A stretch of DNA of 64,000 bases from Oscillospiraceae bacterium (GTDB lineage: Bacteria > Bacillota > Clostridia > Oscillospirales > Acutalibacteraceae), in the NCBI GenBank assembly GCA_015065965.1, contig SVPH01000012.1:3841-67840 (forward strand), in the 5' to 3' direction. The position numbers and the translations under genes were made by a program. How positions within the stretch are numbered: position 1 is the first letter of the stretch; each line of letters opens with the position of its first letter. The notes beneath the pieces were generated by a model, which saw nothing but the letters and a program-made list of their open reading frames with translations, was not told the DNA's origin and searched no databases. Of this stretch, positions 37,009 through 47,653 are shown in pieces.

Positions 37009-38229
37009 ATGATTAATGTAATCGGACTTGGATATATAGGACTCCCCACGGCGCTGATGATGGCATCACACGGAGTTGAAGTTGTGGGTACGGATTATAA
37101 TGCAGACCTTGTTGCAACTCTAAATTCGGGAAAAACTACCTTTAAAGAAGACGGACTTGACGAACTTTTTGAGGCTGCCGTAAAGGGCGGAATCAAATTT
37201 ACAACAGAATATCAGGTTACTGATACATATATTGTTTCTGTGCCTACTCCGTATGATAAATTCTCAAAGAAAATAGATGCGTGTTATGTTATTTCTGCTG
37301 TAAAGAGTGTTATGGATGTTTGCCCAAAAGGCGCAACGGTTGTTATAGAATCAACTGTTTCACCCGGAACGATTGATAAGTTTGTTCGTCCTGCTATTGA
37401 GGAAAACGGTTTTGTAATAGGCAAAGATATTCATCTTGTTCATGCACCTGAACGCATAATTCCGGGAAACATGGTCTACGAACTCCTTCATAATGACCGT
37501 ACGGTCGGTGCGGATGATGTTGAGATAGGCGAAAAGATAAAGACGCTTTATGCATCATTCTGTCAGGGTGAAATCGTTGTAACCGATATCAGAACTGCCG
37601 AGATGACAAAGGTAGTTGAAAACACATTCAGAGCGGTCAACATTGCTTTTGCAAATGAACTTGCAAAAATCTGCCGCCATGACGGCATGGATGTTTATGA
37701 GATTATTAAAATCTGTAATATGCATCCCAGAGTTAATATACTTCAGCCCGGTCCCGGAGTAGGCGGTCATTGTATCAGCGTTGATCCGTGGTTCCTTGTG
37801 GGTGATTATCCGTCACTTACAAAGGTTATCTGGGAATCAATGAAAGTCAACGATTCAATGCCCGAATTTGTTCTTAACAGAATTTATGACATAATGAAGG
37901 AAAAGGGTATCAAGGATACCTCAAGGATAGGTTTATACGGACTTACATATAAAGAAAATGTTGATGATTATCGCGAGTCGCCGACTCTGCAACTTGTTGA
38001 GTGCATGGAAAGGCATCTTGCTCATCCGCTCAAGGTTTATGACCCGTTCATAACAGAAGATATTGTTGAAAACCAGTATCACGATTTTGATGAATTCCTT
38101 AGTAGTGTTGATTTTGTGGTAATCATGGTTGGTCATAATGAAATTAAAGAAAATATGGATAAACTTGCGGACAAGATTGTTCTTGATACAAGGAAAGTTT
38201 GCAGTTTGGAAAATGTTTATTATTTATGA
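37009..38229 (+). CDS. wecC: UDP-N-acetyl-D-mannosamine dehydrogenase (nucleotide-sugar dehydrogenase)
   Basis: GLGYIGLPTA, ESTVSPG, PERIIPG, AEMTKVVENTFR, PGPGVGGHCI, KENVDDYRESP; near wecB. Confidence 0.85.
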   Translation: MINVIGLGYIGLPTALMMASHGVEVVGTDYNADLVATLNSGKTTFKEDGLDELFEAAVKGGIKFTTEYQVTDTYIVSVPTPYDKFSKKIDACYVISAVKSVMDVCPKGATVVIESTVSPGTIDKFVRPAIEENGFVIGKDIHLVHAPERIIPGNMVYELLHNDRTVGADDVEIGEKIKTLYASFCQGEIVVTDIRTAEMTKVVENTFRAVNIAFANELAKICRHDGMDVYEIIKICNMHPRVNILQPGPGVGGHCISVDPWFLVGDYPSLTKVIWESMKVNDSMPEFVLNRIYDIMKEKGIKDTSRIGLYGLTYKENVDDYRESPTLQLVECMERHLAHPLKVYDPFITEDIVENQYHDFDEFLSSVDFVVIMVGHNEIKENMDKLADKIVLDTRKVCSLENVYYL

Positions 38230-39251
38230 TTGAGAAAAAAGAAAGAATCAGAGAACTTGATATACTCAGAGGTTTATCTGCCGTTTTGATGATATTGGGG
38301 CATTCATTTATAATTCACCCAATAAACATATCGAAAGTGCCGTGGTGTTTTGAAACGCAGCATCTGATATACAATTTTCACATGGAATTGTTCTTTTTAA
38401 TTGCGGGTGCTGTTTATTACTGTAATAATTACAGTAAGTTTATTTTAGGCAAGGCAAAACAGTTAATTATACCATATATATTTTTTGGGGTTATTAATGC
38501 TTTGATTCATGCCTATGGCGGAGATATTGTCAGCAAAATGGTACCTATTAAAGAAGGCTTGTTTAAACTTTTGTGCAAAGGTGGAGGATATTGGTTTATA
38601 TTCTCTTTGTTCACTGTTTTTCTCGTCTTTCCGATTATTGAAAAAGTTTGCAACCAAAAGTGGAAAGAAGCGGTCTTTGTGATTGCTTTGCTTGTAGTAA
38701 GAGAAATTGTTGAACTTCCGACTCTGTTCCTTATTGACACAACTGCATACTATCTCCCGTATTTTATTTTGGGGCATATGTTTTTTCCTTTGATAAAAAT
38801 TAAAACAGATCGGAATAATCATTGGATGAATGCTGTTGTTGCTATTTTATCCGTTGTATTGTATGTTTTTGTGGATATCCTGAGCAGGGGTTATGATATA
38901 AACAGAAAACTGCTTGATTATGTAAGGTCAGTGGCTATAATAATGTTCTTTATAATTGTTGTCCATTACTTTGTTATGCTTGCGGATAAAATAAAGTTTT
39001 TCAAAAAGATTGAGAAGTTTTTGCAGAATTGCAGCCGATATTCCTTGCAGTTCTATTTGTTTAACGGATATTTGCTTGGAATGTTTAGAATAATTATATG
39101 CCATGTTTTAGAAATAGAAACTCCGATTATCATAGTTCTGAGTTTGCTTATTGGTAACGTTGTATTTACATATGTTGTATGCGAACGGATAATTCCATAT
39201 ATTCCCGTGGTTCGTACTCTTTGCGGTCTTAAAAAGAAGGAGGCTTTTTAA
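38226..39251 (+). CDS. Acyltransferase-3 family (polysaccharide O-acyltransferase)
   Basis: RIRELDILRG...ILGH, FHMELFF..AG, YWFI; about 10 TMs; ATG 38226 overlaps the wecC stop. Confidence 0.9.
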   Translation: MIEKKERIRELDILRGLSAVLMILGHSFIIHPINISKVPWCFETQHLIYNFHMELFFLIAGAVYYCNNYSKFILGKAKQLIIPYIFFGVINALIHAYGGDIVSKMVPIKEGLFKLLCKGGGYWFIFSLFTVFLVFPIIEKVCNQKWKEAVFVIALLVVREIVELPTLFLIDTTAYYLPYFILGHMFFPLIKIKTDRNNHWMNAVVAILSVVLYVFVDILSRGYDINRKLLDYVRSVAIIMFFIIVVHYFVMLADKIKFFKKIEKFLQNCSRYSLQFYLFNGYLLGMFRIIICHVLEIETPIIIVLSLLIGNVVFTYVVCERIIPYIPVVRTLCGLKKKEAF

Positions 39252-39253
39252 AA

Positions 39254-40351
39254 ATGAAAAAAGTTATGCTTGTTTTCGGAACAAGACCGGAAGCAATAAA
39301 AATGTGTCCTCTCGTAAATGAACTTAAATTGAGGAAAAACATAGATGCTGTTGTGTGTGTTACGGGTCAGCATCGCCAGATGCTTGATCAGGTGCTCGAG
39401 GCATTCGGAGTAAAACCTGATTATGACCTCTCAATTATGAAGGAAAAGCAGACTTTGTTTGATATAACAACAAATATTCTTAACAGAATCAAAGAGGTAC
39501 TGGACAAGGAAAAGCCTGATGTTGTACTTGTTCACGGAGATACTTCAACAACATTCGTTACTGCGCTTGCTTGTTTCTATCTTCAGATTCCTGTCGGTCA
39601 TGTTGAAGCAGGATTAAGAACGTATAATATTTATAGCCCGTACCCCGAAGAATTCAACCGTCAAGCTGTTTCAATAATTTCAAAATATAATTTTGCTCCT
39701 ACAGAACTTTCAAAAGCAAATCTAGTTAAAGAAGGTAAATCGGAGGACACAATTTATATTACGGGCAATACTGCAATTGACGCTCTCAAAACAACCGTTC
39801 GTGAAGACTATACACACCCTGAACTCGAATGGGCTGATGGCAGCAGACTTATAATGATAACGGCACACCGCCGAGAGAATCTGGGCGAACCAATGCGCAA
39901 TATGTTCCGTGCAATACGCAGAGTAATGGAGGAAAATCCGGATGTTAAGGCAATTTACCCGATTCACATGAATCCTGTTGTAAGGCAGGCTGCGGCAGAA
40001 GAACTCGGAGACTGTGACAGAATACATATTATTGAGCCACTTGAAGTGCTTGATTTCCATAATTTTCTTTCACGCAGTTATCTTATTCTTACGGATAGCG
40101 GCGGAATTCAGGAGGAAGCGCCTTCTTTAGGCAAACCTGTGTTGGTTATGCGGGATACAACTGAACGCCCTGAAGGAATTAAAGCGGGTACGCTCAAACT
40201 TGTAGGGACAGATGAAAATGTTATCTACGAAAACTTTAAACTTTTGCTTAATGATAAAAAGGCATATGATGCAATGGCACAGGCAAGCAATCCTTACGGG
40301 GACGGTTTTGCCTGCAAGCGTATTGCGGATATTCTTGAAACGGAGGATTGA
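39254..40351 (+). CDS. wecB: UDP-N-acetylglucosamine 2-epimerase (non-hydrolysing)
   Basis: FGTRPEAIKM, TGQHRQML, HGDT, HVEAGLRT, HRREN, TDSGGIQEEAP, NPYGDG. Confidence 0.97.
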   Translation: MKKVMLVFGTRPEAIKMCPLVNELKLRKNIDAVVCVTGQHRQMLDQVLEAFGVKPDYDLSIMKEKQTLFDITTNILNRIKEVLDKEKPDVVLVHGDTSTTFVTALACFYLQIPVGHVEAGLRTYNIYSPYPEEFNRQAVSIISKYNFAPTELSKANLVKEGKSEDTIYITGNTAIDALKTTVREDYTHPELEWADGSRLIMITAHRRENLGEPMRNMFRAIRRVMEENPDVKAIYPIHMNPVVRQAAAEELGDCDRIHIIEPLEVLDFHNFLSRSYLILTDSGGIQEEAPSLGKPVLVMRDTTERPEGIKAGTLKLVGTDENVIYENFKLLLNDKKAYDAMAQASNPYGDGFACKRIADILETED

Positions 40352-41460
40352 TTAATGTGCGTCTTGTTGCAAAGCGTCACAGACCTTTGGTTGTTATAAA
40401 TGACAAGGTTATAACATGTCATTTTGGGAAAATATATTTGCTTGACGTTGAAAGCGGCAAGGCAGAATTTATTTGTAAACTACCTGTTTCCAATATAAAA
40501 ATTGTTTTATCTAGATTTAGGTTTTTTGAACGTCTTTTAAGAATTGAAGCAAGAACAGCAGTAGCACTTGATGATACACACATTCTTTTATCAATGGATG
40601 GTAAAACATATTGCATTGATATTACAAACGGCAAAACAGAGTGCGAGTATTCTTATCGTAATTCAATGAGCAATCCCAGACGCATGTGTCGAATAGAAGG
40701 AATAGAAGGTTTTGATAATTGTATAGCATATGGTGAGTATCTTCTTAATTCCAAGCGGACAAAGCCAAGCGGAATTTTTGTTAGAAGCCTTGACAAGGCA
40801 GATTGGAAAATGGTTTTTGAATTTCCTGCAGGAGAAATAAGGCATATACACTCGCTTGTTCCAAGCAAAAAGAGCAATTGTGTCTATATTCTTACGGGCG
40901 ATTTGGACAGCGAGTCAGGAATATGGGAAGCAAAAGACAATTTTGAAACCGTGACCCCGATTGTGAAAGGGTCACAGATGTATCGCTCAGGCTCTCTCTA
41001 TGAAACTGATGAAGGTTTTATATATCCGACAGACACGGCATTGGAACAGAACTATATTTATTATTTAGAAAAAGATAAAACAAACAACTCGTTGGTTTCA
41101 AAAGTTGTAACGGATATGGATGGAAGTTGCGTAAGTTCGGTGCAGACAGCAGATAAGGTGTTGGTTTCAACGACAGTTGAAGCAGATGAAAGCATAAGAG
41201 GATGGAAATCGTGGATAAATATGAAAAAGGGTCCGGGCATAAAGAGCGATTATGCACAACTGCTTTCGGTTGACAAGGCAACGCTCAAATCAAAAAAAAT
41301 AATTCAGTTTAAGAAGGATTTCTTACCGTACAAACTGTTTCAATACGGGCATATCAAAATATATGATTTACCTTCAAAGCATGCGGTGCTTATTTATCCC
41401 ATAGGTGTAAAAAAGTATGATGGTAATTTGCTTGAGTTAAAATACGGCGAACTGGAGTAA
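40348..41460 (+). CDS. Hypothetical protein, probable beta-propeller
   Basis: Beta-rich; YGEY, RHIH, LTGD, TDT motifs; start may be GTG at 40357. Confidence 0.6.
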   Translation: MINVRLVAKRHRPLVVINDKVITCHFGKIYLLDVESGKAEFICKLPVSNIKIVLSRFRFFERLLRIEARTAVALDDTHILLSMDGKTYCIDITNGKTECEYSYRNSMSNPRRMCRIEGIEGFDNCIAYGEYLLNSKRTKPSGIFVRSLDKADWKMVFEFPAGEIRHIHSLVPSKKSNCVYILTGDLDSESGIWEAKDNFETVTPIVKGSQMYRSGSLYETDEGFIYPTDTALEQNYIYYLEKDKTNNSLVSKVVTDMDGSCVSSVQTADKVLVSTTVEADESIRGWKSWINMKKGPGIKSDYAQLLSVDKATLKSKKIIQFKKDFLPYKLFQYGHIKIYDLPSKHAVLIYPIGVKKYDGNLLELKYGELE

Positions 41461-41465
41461 CGAAA

Positions 41466-42893
41466 ATGTCTGTTATAAATAAGATTCTTAAAAGTTACAC
41501 TAAAATCCCTCTGTGGGCAACAAATCTGCTTGCTCCTGTGTATTATATGATTCCCGAAAATAAGAGGTATGGTTCTGTTTACAATAGGGAAATGGCGAAA
41601 CTTAAGAGAATAGAAGAACTTTCTGCCGAGGAAGCGAAAAAAGAAAAAGATGAGGCTCTTGAGCAGTTGGTTGCCTATGCCTATGAACATGTTCCTTATT
41701 ATCATGAACTCTTTGACAGTATAGGGCTTTCTCCCACAGAGATAAAAGAGGAAAAAGATTTGGTTAAAATTCCGTTTCTGACAAAAGAAATTTTAATTAA
41801 TAACAGGGAAAAATTTTTGTCTGATGAGTTTGATAAAGAAGATTTGGTTTATTTGACAACATCAGGCTCAACGGGAACTCCTACAGGTTTTTATGTTCAA
41901 AAAGAAAGTCCTATGAGAGAACGTGTTTACTGTAACTGTATGTTCAAAGATTTCGGTCTTAAACCTGACAGTTCAAGACTTGTTATGAGAGGAAAGGAAT
42001 TTTGGGCTCAAAAATCAAAAGGAAAGAACTGGCAGTGGGACGGTTTTAAAAGGGAACTTAGTATCAATATTTTTGACATGACTCCTGATAATATGGAGGA
42101 ATATTGCAAAGCAATAGAAAAATACAAGCCCGATTTCGCTTATGGTTACATGTCCGCCATGTACACTTTATGTAAGTATATTGCATCAAGGAACAAGAAA
42201 TTGAAGCATCAGTTTAAAGGGTATATGGCAATAAGTGAAACCGTCACAAACGAACAGCGCAGATTTGTTGAAAGTGTTATCAATGCAAGGGTGTTTTCTT
42301 TTTACGGAATGTCCGAAAGAGTGATTATTGCAAGCGAGTGTAAAGACAGCACAGAGTATCATGTTCAGCCTATGTACGGCATCGTGGAAATCATTGATGA
42401 AGACGATAATGTTATAACCCAGCCCGGAGTTAGCGGCGAAATTGCAGGTACAGGACTTCTCAATTATGCTATGCCTCTTATCAGGTATAAAATGGGCGAT
42501 ATTTCAAGTTGGTCAGAGAAAGAAACATGTAAATGCGGCAGTTATAAGAAAAGACTTACAAGTGTTCAAGGCAGAAAAACAAAGGATGTGCTTATTGGAA
42601 AAGATAACGATGTTATTTCATTGGCTTCTCTTGAGGTGCATTCTGAAATTTATGATTATATGGCAAGATATCAGTTTGTTCAGGAACATAAAGGCAAGGT
42701 TACCGTAAAGGCTGTTGCTGTTAATGGAAATTCTCTTACTAAAGAAAAACTTCAGAAAATATCTGAGGTTTTCACTAAGAGAACAAACGGGAAAATAGTA
42801 TTTACGGCAGAAGAAACTGATAAAATTGCTCCGAAAAAAAACGGTAAACTTTCAATAATTGACCAGCGTTTGGATGTGAGTGAATATTTATGA
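41466..42893 (+). CDS. CapK-like / phenylacetate-CoA ligase family adenylate-forming enzyme
   Basis: AYEHVPYY, IPFLTK, TTSGSTGTP, FYGMSE, MPLIRYKMGD, GR. Confidence 0.9.
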   Translation: MSVINKILKSYTKIPLWATNLLAPVYYMIPENKRYGSVYNREMAKLKRIEELSAEEAKKEKDEALEQLVAYAYEHVPYYHELFDSIGLSPTEIKEEKDLVKIPFLTKEILINNREKFLSDEFDKEDLVYLTTSGSTGTPTGFYVQKESPMRERVYCNCMFKDFGLKPDSSRLVMRGKEFWAQKSKGKNWQWDGFKRELSINIFDMTPDNMEEYCKAIEKYKPDFAYGYMSAMYTLCKYIASRNKKLKHQFKGYMAISETVTNEQRRFVESVINARVFSFYGMSERVIIASECKDSTEYHVQPMYGIVEIIDEDDNVITQPGVSGEIAGTGLLNYAMPLIRYKMGDISSWSEKETCKCGSYKKRLTSVQGRKTKDVLIGKDNDVISLASLEVHSEIYDYMARYQFVQEHKGKVTVKAVAVNGNSLTKEKLQKISEVFTKRTNGKIVFTAEETDKIAPKKNGKLSIIDQRLDVSEYL

Positions 42894-43894
42894 GCAAAAC
42901 GGTTTATATAGGTCGTTTTACCCCTACAACCGGAGGAGTAACGGCAAAAAACAGCGCAATTTTCAGTGAATTAAGCAAACACATTAAAATTAAAAAATTG
43001 GATTTAACCTTGCTCAAAAAGGGCAAAATTTCGATGCTTTTTTCTTTGCTTAATGCACTTTGCACAAGAAGAGGTTCTTTGATAATCGGTACAACTGCTA
43101 AACCGCGCCGTTTTTTATCCAAGTTTCTTTATTATTTTAATCGGAAGGTAATGAATCGCTCTGTTCTTATGGTCATGGGCGGTGCGTTTGGAGATATTGT
43201 TTCAAAAGATAAAGCCTATCAAAAATGGGTTTCCGGCTATAAGGCAGTTTTTGTTGAAACTGAAAGGATGAAAAATCAACTTGAGGCAATAGGTTTAACA
43301 AATATTCGTATATTTGAAAATTGCCGAAGAAAGCCTGAAACGAAAATTGAAGTAAATTCACGTGACGGCAGACTTAAATGCGTTTGTTTTTCAATGATAT
43401 ATCCTGAAAAAGGTATTGATACGGTTTTGCAGGCAGCAAAAGAACTTACGGATATTACATTTGATTTTTGGGGACCGATTGACAGTGCCTATGAAGAAGA
43501 ATTTTTGTCATGTGCGGCTAAGTTGCCTAACTGTCATTATCGCGGTGTGTTCAAGGTTCAAGGTGATAATGTGTATAATATGCTTAACGGATATGATTTG
43601 CTTTTATTTCCCACAAGAATGGAGGGTGAAGGTGTCCCCGGTACCCTGATTGAGGCGAAAATTGCCGCTTTACCTTCTATAGTGAGTGATGTTGCTCACA
43701 ATTCTGTTCTTGTTCAAGATGGAATTAACGGAATTGTTTTGAAGGAAAACACGGTCGAATGTCTTATCGATACAATAAAAATTGCAGAAAAAAATGATGA
43801 ATTCCTAACAAAACTTAAGTGCGGTGCAAAAGAATCAGGAAAAAAATATTATTTTGAAAAACATATAGATGAGTTGCTATCATCATTGAAATAA
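42890..43894 (+). CDS. GT4 glycosyltransferase
   Basis: EKGID, LLFPTR..EGVPGTLIEA, VQDGING. Confidence 0.88.
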   Translation: MSKTVYIGRFTPTTGGVTAKNSAIFSELSKHIKIKKLDLTLLKKGKISMLFSLLNALCTRRGSLIIGTTAKPRRFLSKFLYYFNRKVMNRSVLMVMGGAFGDIVSKDKAYQKWVSGYKAVFVETERMKNQLEAIGLTNIRIFENCRRKPETKIEVNSRDGRLKCVCFSMIYPEKGIDTVLQAAKELTDITFDFWGPIDSAYEEEFLSCAAKLPNCHYRGVFKVQGDNVYNMLNGYDLLLFPTRMEGEGVPGTLIEAKIAALPSIVSDVAHNSVLVQDGINGIVLKENTVECLIDTIKIAEKNDEFLTKLKCGAKESGKKYYFEKHIDELLSSLK

Positions 43895-43914
43895 GAAACA
43901 AAGGTGGTGCTGTT

Positions 43915-44937
43915 GTGCTGTTTGACATTTATAATCCTTATGAAAATCAAACTGTGACAAACGAGTATGTTTCTGTTATTGAACAATGCCTTAATTTAAA
44001 CAATGTTGAAACACAATACATAGATGTTTTGGAAAAGAAAAGCGAGAACAAAGAAAAGGGTATTGTTGTTATAGTTCCTTCAGCAGCATTTAAGGCCAGG
44101 TGTGTCGGATATAAAAAGATTGTGCTTTGGGTTCAGGGCGCCGCTGCTGCGGAATCCTATATGCGGAATAAAAGCATATTGCGCTATGCAGCATTGTCAT
44201 ACTTGGAGTTTTGTGGTTTGAAGAGCGCAGATTTGATTTTGTTTGTTTCGCAAACAATGAAAGAATATTATGAAAACAGATTTAAACTCAAACTTGACAA
44301 TAGTTATATTATGCCATGTTTTAACAATGAAATTGAAAAAGATTATTTTTATACTGACGGAAAATATGAAAATAATGTTTTTATATATGCAGGCAGTTTA
44401 GCACCGTGGCAATGTTTTGAACCTACAGTGAAATTCTATAAACAAATAGAAGATATGGTGCCTGATGCATTTTTTAGAGTGCTTGTTAAAGACCATGAAA
44501 CGGCCAAGGGTATTCTTGATAAATACGGGGTGAAGAACTATTCGCTCGGTTTTGTTCCTCAAAGTGAAATAGGTAATGAAATGGCAAAGGCTAAGTTCGG
44601 TTTTTGCTTGAGAGAAGATAGTATCGTTAACCGTGTTGCAACTCCCACAAAACTTTCAACATATATTGCTCATGGCGTTATGCCGATTTATTCATCTTAT
44701 TTACTTGATTTTAAAAAACAGTCAGGGAAATGCAGATACTGCTTTTGCGTTGATCACAATGACAGTAGCGAAACGAATTTTATGAAAAAGGTTTGCTTTG
44801 AAAACATTAAAGCCGACGATGTGTTTAATGTCTACTCTAAAACCTTTGGCAACTATTTCTCGAAAGAATATCATGGAAAAGCACTTTCGGAATTTATGAA
44901 GTGTGTTTTATTTAATAAAGAAGGGAATCAAAGCTAA
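43915..44937 (+). CDS. Probable GT-B glycosyltransferase
   Basis: FVS..M..YY, FIYAGSLAPWQC, LREDSIVNRVATPTKLSTY. Confidence 0.8.
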   Translation: MLFDIYNPYENQTVTNEYVSVIEQCLNLNNVETQYIDVLEKKSENKEKGIVVIVPSAAFKARCVGYKKIVLWVQGAAAAESYMRNKSILRYAALSYLEFCGLKSADLILFVSQTMKEYYENRFKLKLDNSYIMPCFNNEIEKDYFYTDGKYENNVFIYAGSLAPWQCFEPTVKFYKQIEDMVPDAFFRVLVKDHETAKGILDKYGVKNYSLGFVPQSEIGNEMAKAKFGFCLREDSIVNRVATPTKLSTYIAHGVMPIYSSYLLDFKKQSGKCRYCFCVDHNDSSETNFMKKVCFENIKADDVFNVYSKTFGNYFSKEYHGKALSEFMKCVLFNKEGNQS

Positions 44938-46250
44938 TGATAAACAGACTCGTTTTTACACGAAGATTGTTCAGCAATTTGCTGTGTATATTAGCGCTTT
45001 GTCTTCCGATGTTTAGATATTATGATTTAGGTTCTACAGGGCTCGCAATGGAAACCCTGATGACTTTGATGATGCTTGCAGTCTGTTTGATTATGTTTTA
45101 TATGGGTTTGAGCAGTAAACATACAGTTTATACCGATGTGCGAAATTCTCAAATATGGTTTGGCTTGATGATATTTTGGCTATTGCTCATAACCTGTATC
45201 TATGAACTGTTTACAGAAGTTAATATAAATAATAGTGAGGCGGAGCACACAATTATTTCTTTGATAATGATTGTTATCAGAGCAGTAGTTATTGGTTATA
45301 TTCTTGGCGGAAATTTTGATCATCGGGACATATTTAAAATATATACTGCACTTGTAATGCTGATAATATCTGTTTATTTGGTGCAATGGATATTGGTTGC
45401 TGTCGGCGTGCGCATGAGTTTTCAATTCCCCTTTTTATCATTCAGCAACGCATATGAATATCTTAAGGGGAGTCCAAACTTCGGCATGAACCCTGATCCT
45501 ACTTCACTTTTTTCTGAAAGAGCACATCTGGCAGAATATATTGTTCCTTATGTTGCGGTATGTCTTTTCGGAAAAAATTTGGTAAAAAAGTACGCGTTGT
45601 TTAATGCAGTGGTTGTATCAATTGTTGTTTTGACAACCGTTTCAGGAACGGGAATTGTTGTTGTTTTGATAGAGTGGGTGCTCTTTTTTGCTGGGTTAGG
45701 TCAGAAGAAAAGTAAATACCGTTTTATTTATATGATAGCAGGCGGACTGATTTTGGTTGCTGTGTATTTTATCCTGAGGCAGATTCCTGCTGTTGATACC
45801 ATGTTTGACAGGCTTTTTATTGATAATACCGGCAATGATTACAGCAGTACAAAAGCGGACTACAGAATTTACAGAGGATTTGATTTGTTTACCAAACTTC
45901 CGCTTTACGGTCAGATATTTGGTATAGGTTATAACCATATGCAACTTTTTGCATCTATTAACGGCATTGTTTCTGAGTTTGACAATGAAAATCTTGCATA
46001 CGAATTTTTCTCAACAATATTCCAGATTGCTATATATTCCGGTTTTATCGGAATCGTTTGTGCGGTTAAGCATATTTATCACCTTTTTAAATCGAATTCT
46101 CCGCTTGCAAAAGCACTGATAATTATTATGCTTGCTATGTGGTGTTCGTCAGCAATGTTCCTTACAAACAGCCATATTGTTATGGTTTTGCTTATTGTTT
46201 CCACTATTTATTACGATAACCAACCTACGGAGGCGCTCCATGAAAATTGA
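44937..46250 (+). CDS. wzy: Wzy-type polysaccharide polymerase (putative)
   Basis: Many TMs; SLFSE, S.TG, R...G...IFGIG loop pattern; position next to the flippase. Confidence 0.72.
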   Translation: MINRLVFTRRLFSNLLCILALCLPMFRYYDLGSTGLAMETLMTLMMLAVCLIMFYMGLSSKHTVYTDVRNSQIWFGLMIFWLLLITCIYELFTEVNINNSEAEHTIISLIMIVIRAVVIGYILGGNFDHRDIFKIYTALVMLIISVYLVQWILVAVGVRMSFQFPFLSFSNAYEYLKGSPNFGMNPDPTSLFSERAHLAEYIVPYVAVCLFGKNLVKKYALFNAVVVSIVVLTTVSGTGIVVVLIEWVLFFAGLGQKKSKYRFIYMIAGGLILVAVYFILRQIPAVDTMFDRLFIDNTGNDYSSTKADYRIYRGFDLFTKLPLYGQIFGIGYNHMQLFASINGIVSEFDNENLAYEFFSTIFQIAIYSGFIGIVCAVKHIYHLFKSNSPLAKALIIIMLAMWCSSAMFLTNSHIVMVLLIVSTIYYDNQPTEALHEN

Positions 46251-47649
46251 AACATCCAAAAAAGATATAATATGGAACTATATCGGTGTTTTTATGTCAT
46301 TCGGATATGGTCTTGTTATGCTTCCGTTTTCCGTATGGTTTCTTGACGGCGATTCTCTCGGTCTGTGGTATGTGTTTCAAAGTATAGGTGCAATAGCGGT
46401 TCTAATGGACTTTGGTTTCAGCCCTACTTTTGGAAGAAACATAAACTATTGTTGGAGCGGAGCACGCAAACTCCAAAAAGAGGGTGCCGTTTTTGCGCAG
46501 GATAGCAGTGAACCAGATTTCTATCTTGTAAAAAAGGTTCTGAATACATGCAAGATAATTTACGGTATAATTTCATCTGTTGCACTGCTTCTTTTGCTTA
46601 CTGCGGGCAGTTTTTATGTGCTATATGTTACCGAATATGAAAACACAAAAGTTTATCTTACCGCATGGTTTATTTATGCTGCTGCAATATTTATGAACCT
46701 ATATTTTGGTTATTATTCATCATTCCTTCGCGGTGTCGGTGCGGTTGCGGATAATAACAAAGCGGTTGTTTTTGGCAGGATTGTTCAGATTTTGCTTACT
46801 ATAGTTTTACTTTTCCTTGGGTTCGGAATAATAGGCTGCTGTATCGCTTATATGTCGCATGGAATAATTTTTCGCTTAATTGCTAAGAACAAATTCTATA
46901 AATATAAGGGCATCGGTGAAAGCCTGAAAAATGTAAAACAGAAAATTGAAAAATCTGAAATAAAGGAAATGTTTCTGACAATTTGGTATAACGCATGGAG
47001 AGACGGCTTAGTTTCACTTTCAAGTTACCTTATGACTCAGGCGAGCACAATTATATGTTCAATGTTCCTTAGTCTCTCACAAACAGGTGTTTATTCACTT
47101 GCTTTGCAGGTAGCATCGGTTATCGTTACGGTTGCATCCGCATTTTTTACTACCTCAATTCCTTCTATGCAGTCTGCTTATGTCACAAAAGATAATGAAA
47201 AAATGAGGAAAACTTTTTCTCTTTCCGTCGTGATTTATTTGTTTGTTTCAATAGCAGGAATTGCAGGTTTTGTGATTGTAGGTATACCACTTCTTAAATT
47301 TTTAAAACCTGATGAGATTATTACCGTTCCTTTGGCACTGGGTGTCAGTGCGAGCCAGTTTATAATTCATTTCAGAAAGTGCTACACGTCTTATTTCTCA
47401 TGCACGAACCGATTGCCTTATGTTCGTAGTTTACTTGTTTCGTCTGTGTTCAGTGTTGTTATTGCGATTGTGCTTATGGGCGTTTTTGATTTAGGTACAG
47501 TTGGTCTTATAAGTTCACAAATTATCAGCCAGTTGGTTTATAATGTTTGGGCATGGCCGATAAAAGTTCATAGAGAACTTGAACTTCCGTTTTTTAAAAT
47601 GCCTGAAATTGCTTTTAAAACAGTAAAACAAAAGATTAAAAGCAGGTGA
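46240..47649 (+). CDS. wzx: Wzx/MOP-family flippase
   Basis: About 12 TMs; LGLWYVF....LMDFGFSPTF.RN, GVYSL; start ATG 46240 after GGAGG. Confidence 0.85.
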   Translation: MKIETSKKDIIWNYIGVFMSFGYGLVMLPFSVWFLDGDSLGLWYVFQSIGAIAVLMDFGFSPTFGRNINYCWSGARKLQKEGAVFAQDSSEPDFYLVKKVLNTCKIIYGIISSVALLLLLTAGSFYVLYVTEYENTKVYLTAWFIYAAAIFMNLYFGYYSSFLRGVGAVADNNKAVVFGRIVQILLTIVLLFLGFGIIGCCIAYMSHGIIFRLIAKNKFYKYKGIGESLKNVKQKIEKSEIKEMFLTIWYNAWRDGLVSLSSYLMTQASTIICSMFLSLSQTGVYSLALQVASVIVTVASAFFTTSIPSMQSAYVTKDNEKMRKTFSLSVVIYLFVSIAGIAGFVIVGIPLLKFLKPDEIITVPLALGVSASQFIIHFRKCYTSYFSCTNRLPYVRSLLVSSVFSVVIAIVLMGVFDLGTVGLISSQIISQLVYNVWAWPIKVHRELELPFFKMPEIAFKTVKQKIKSR

Positions 47650-47653
47650 TGTA

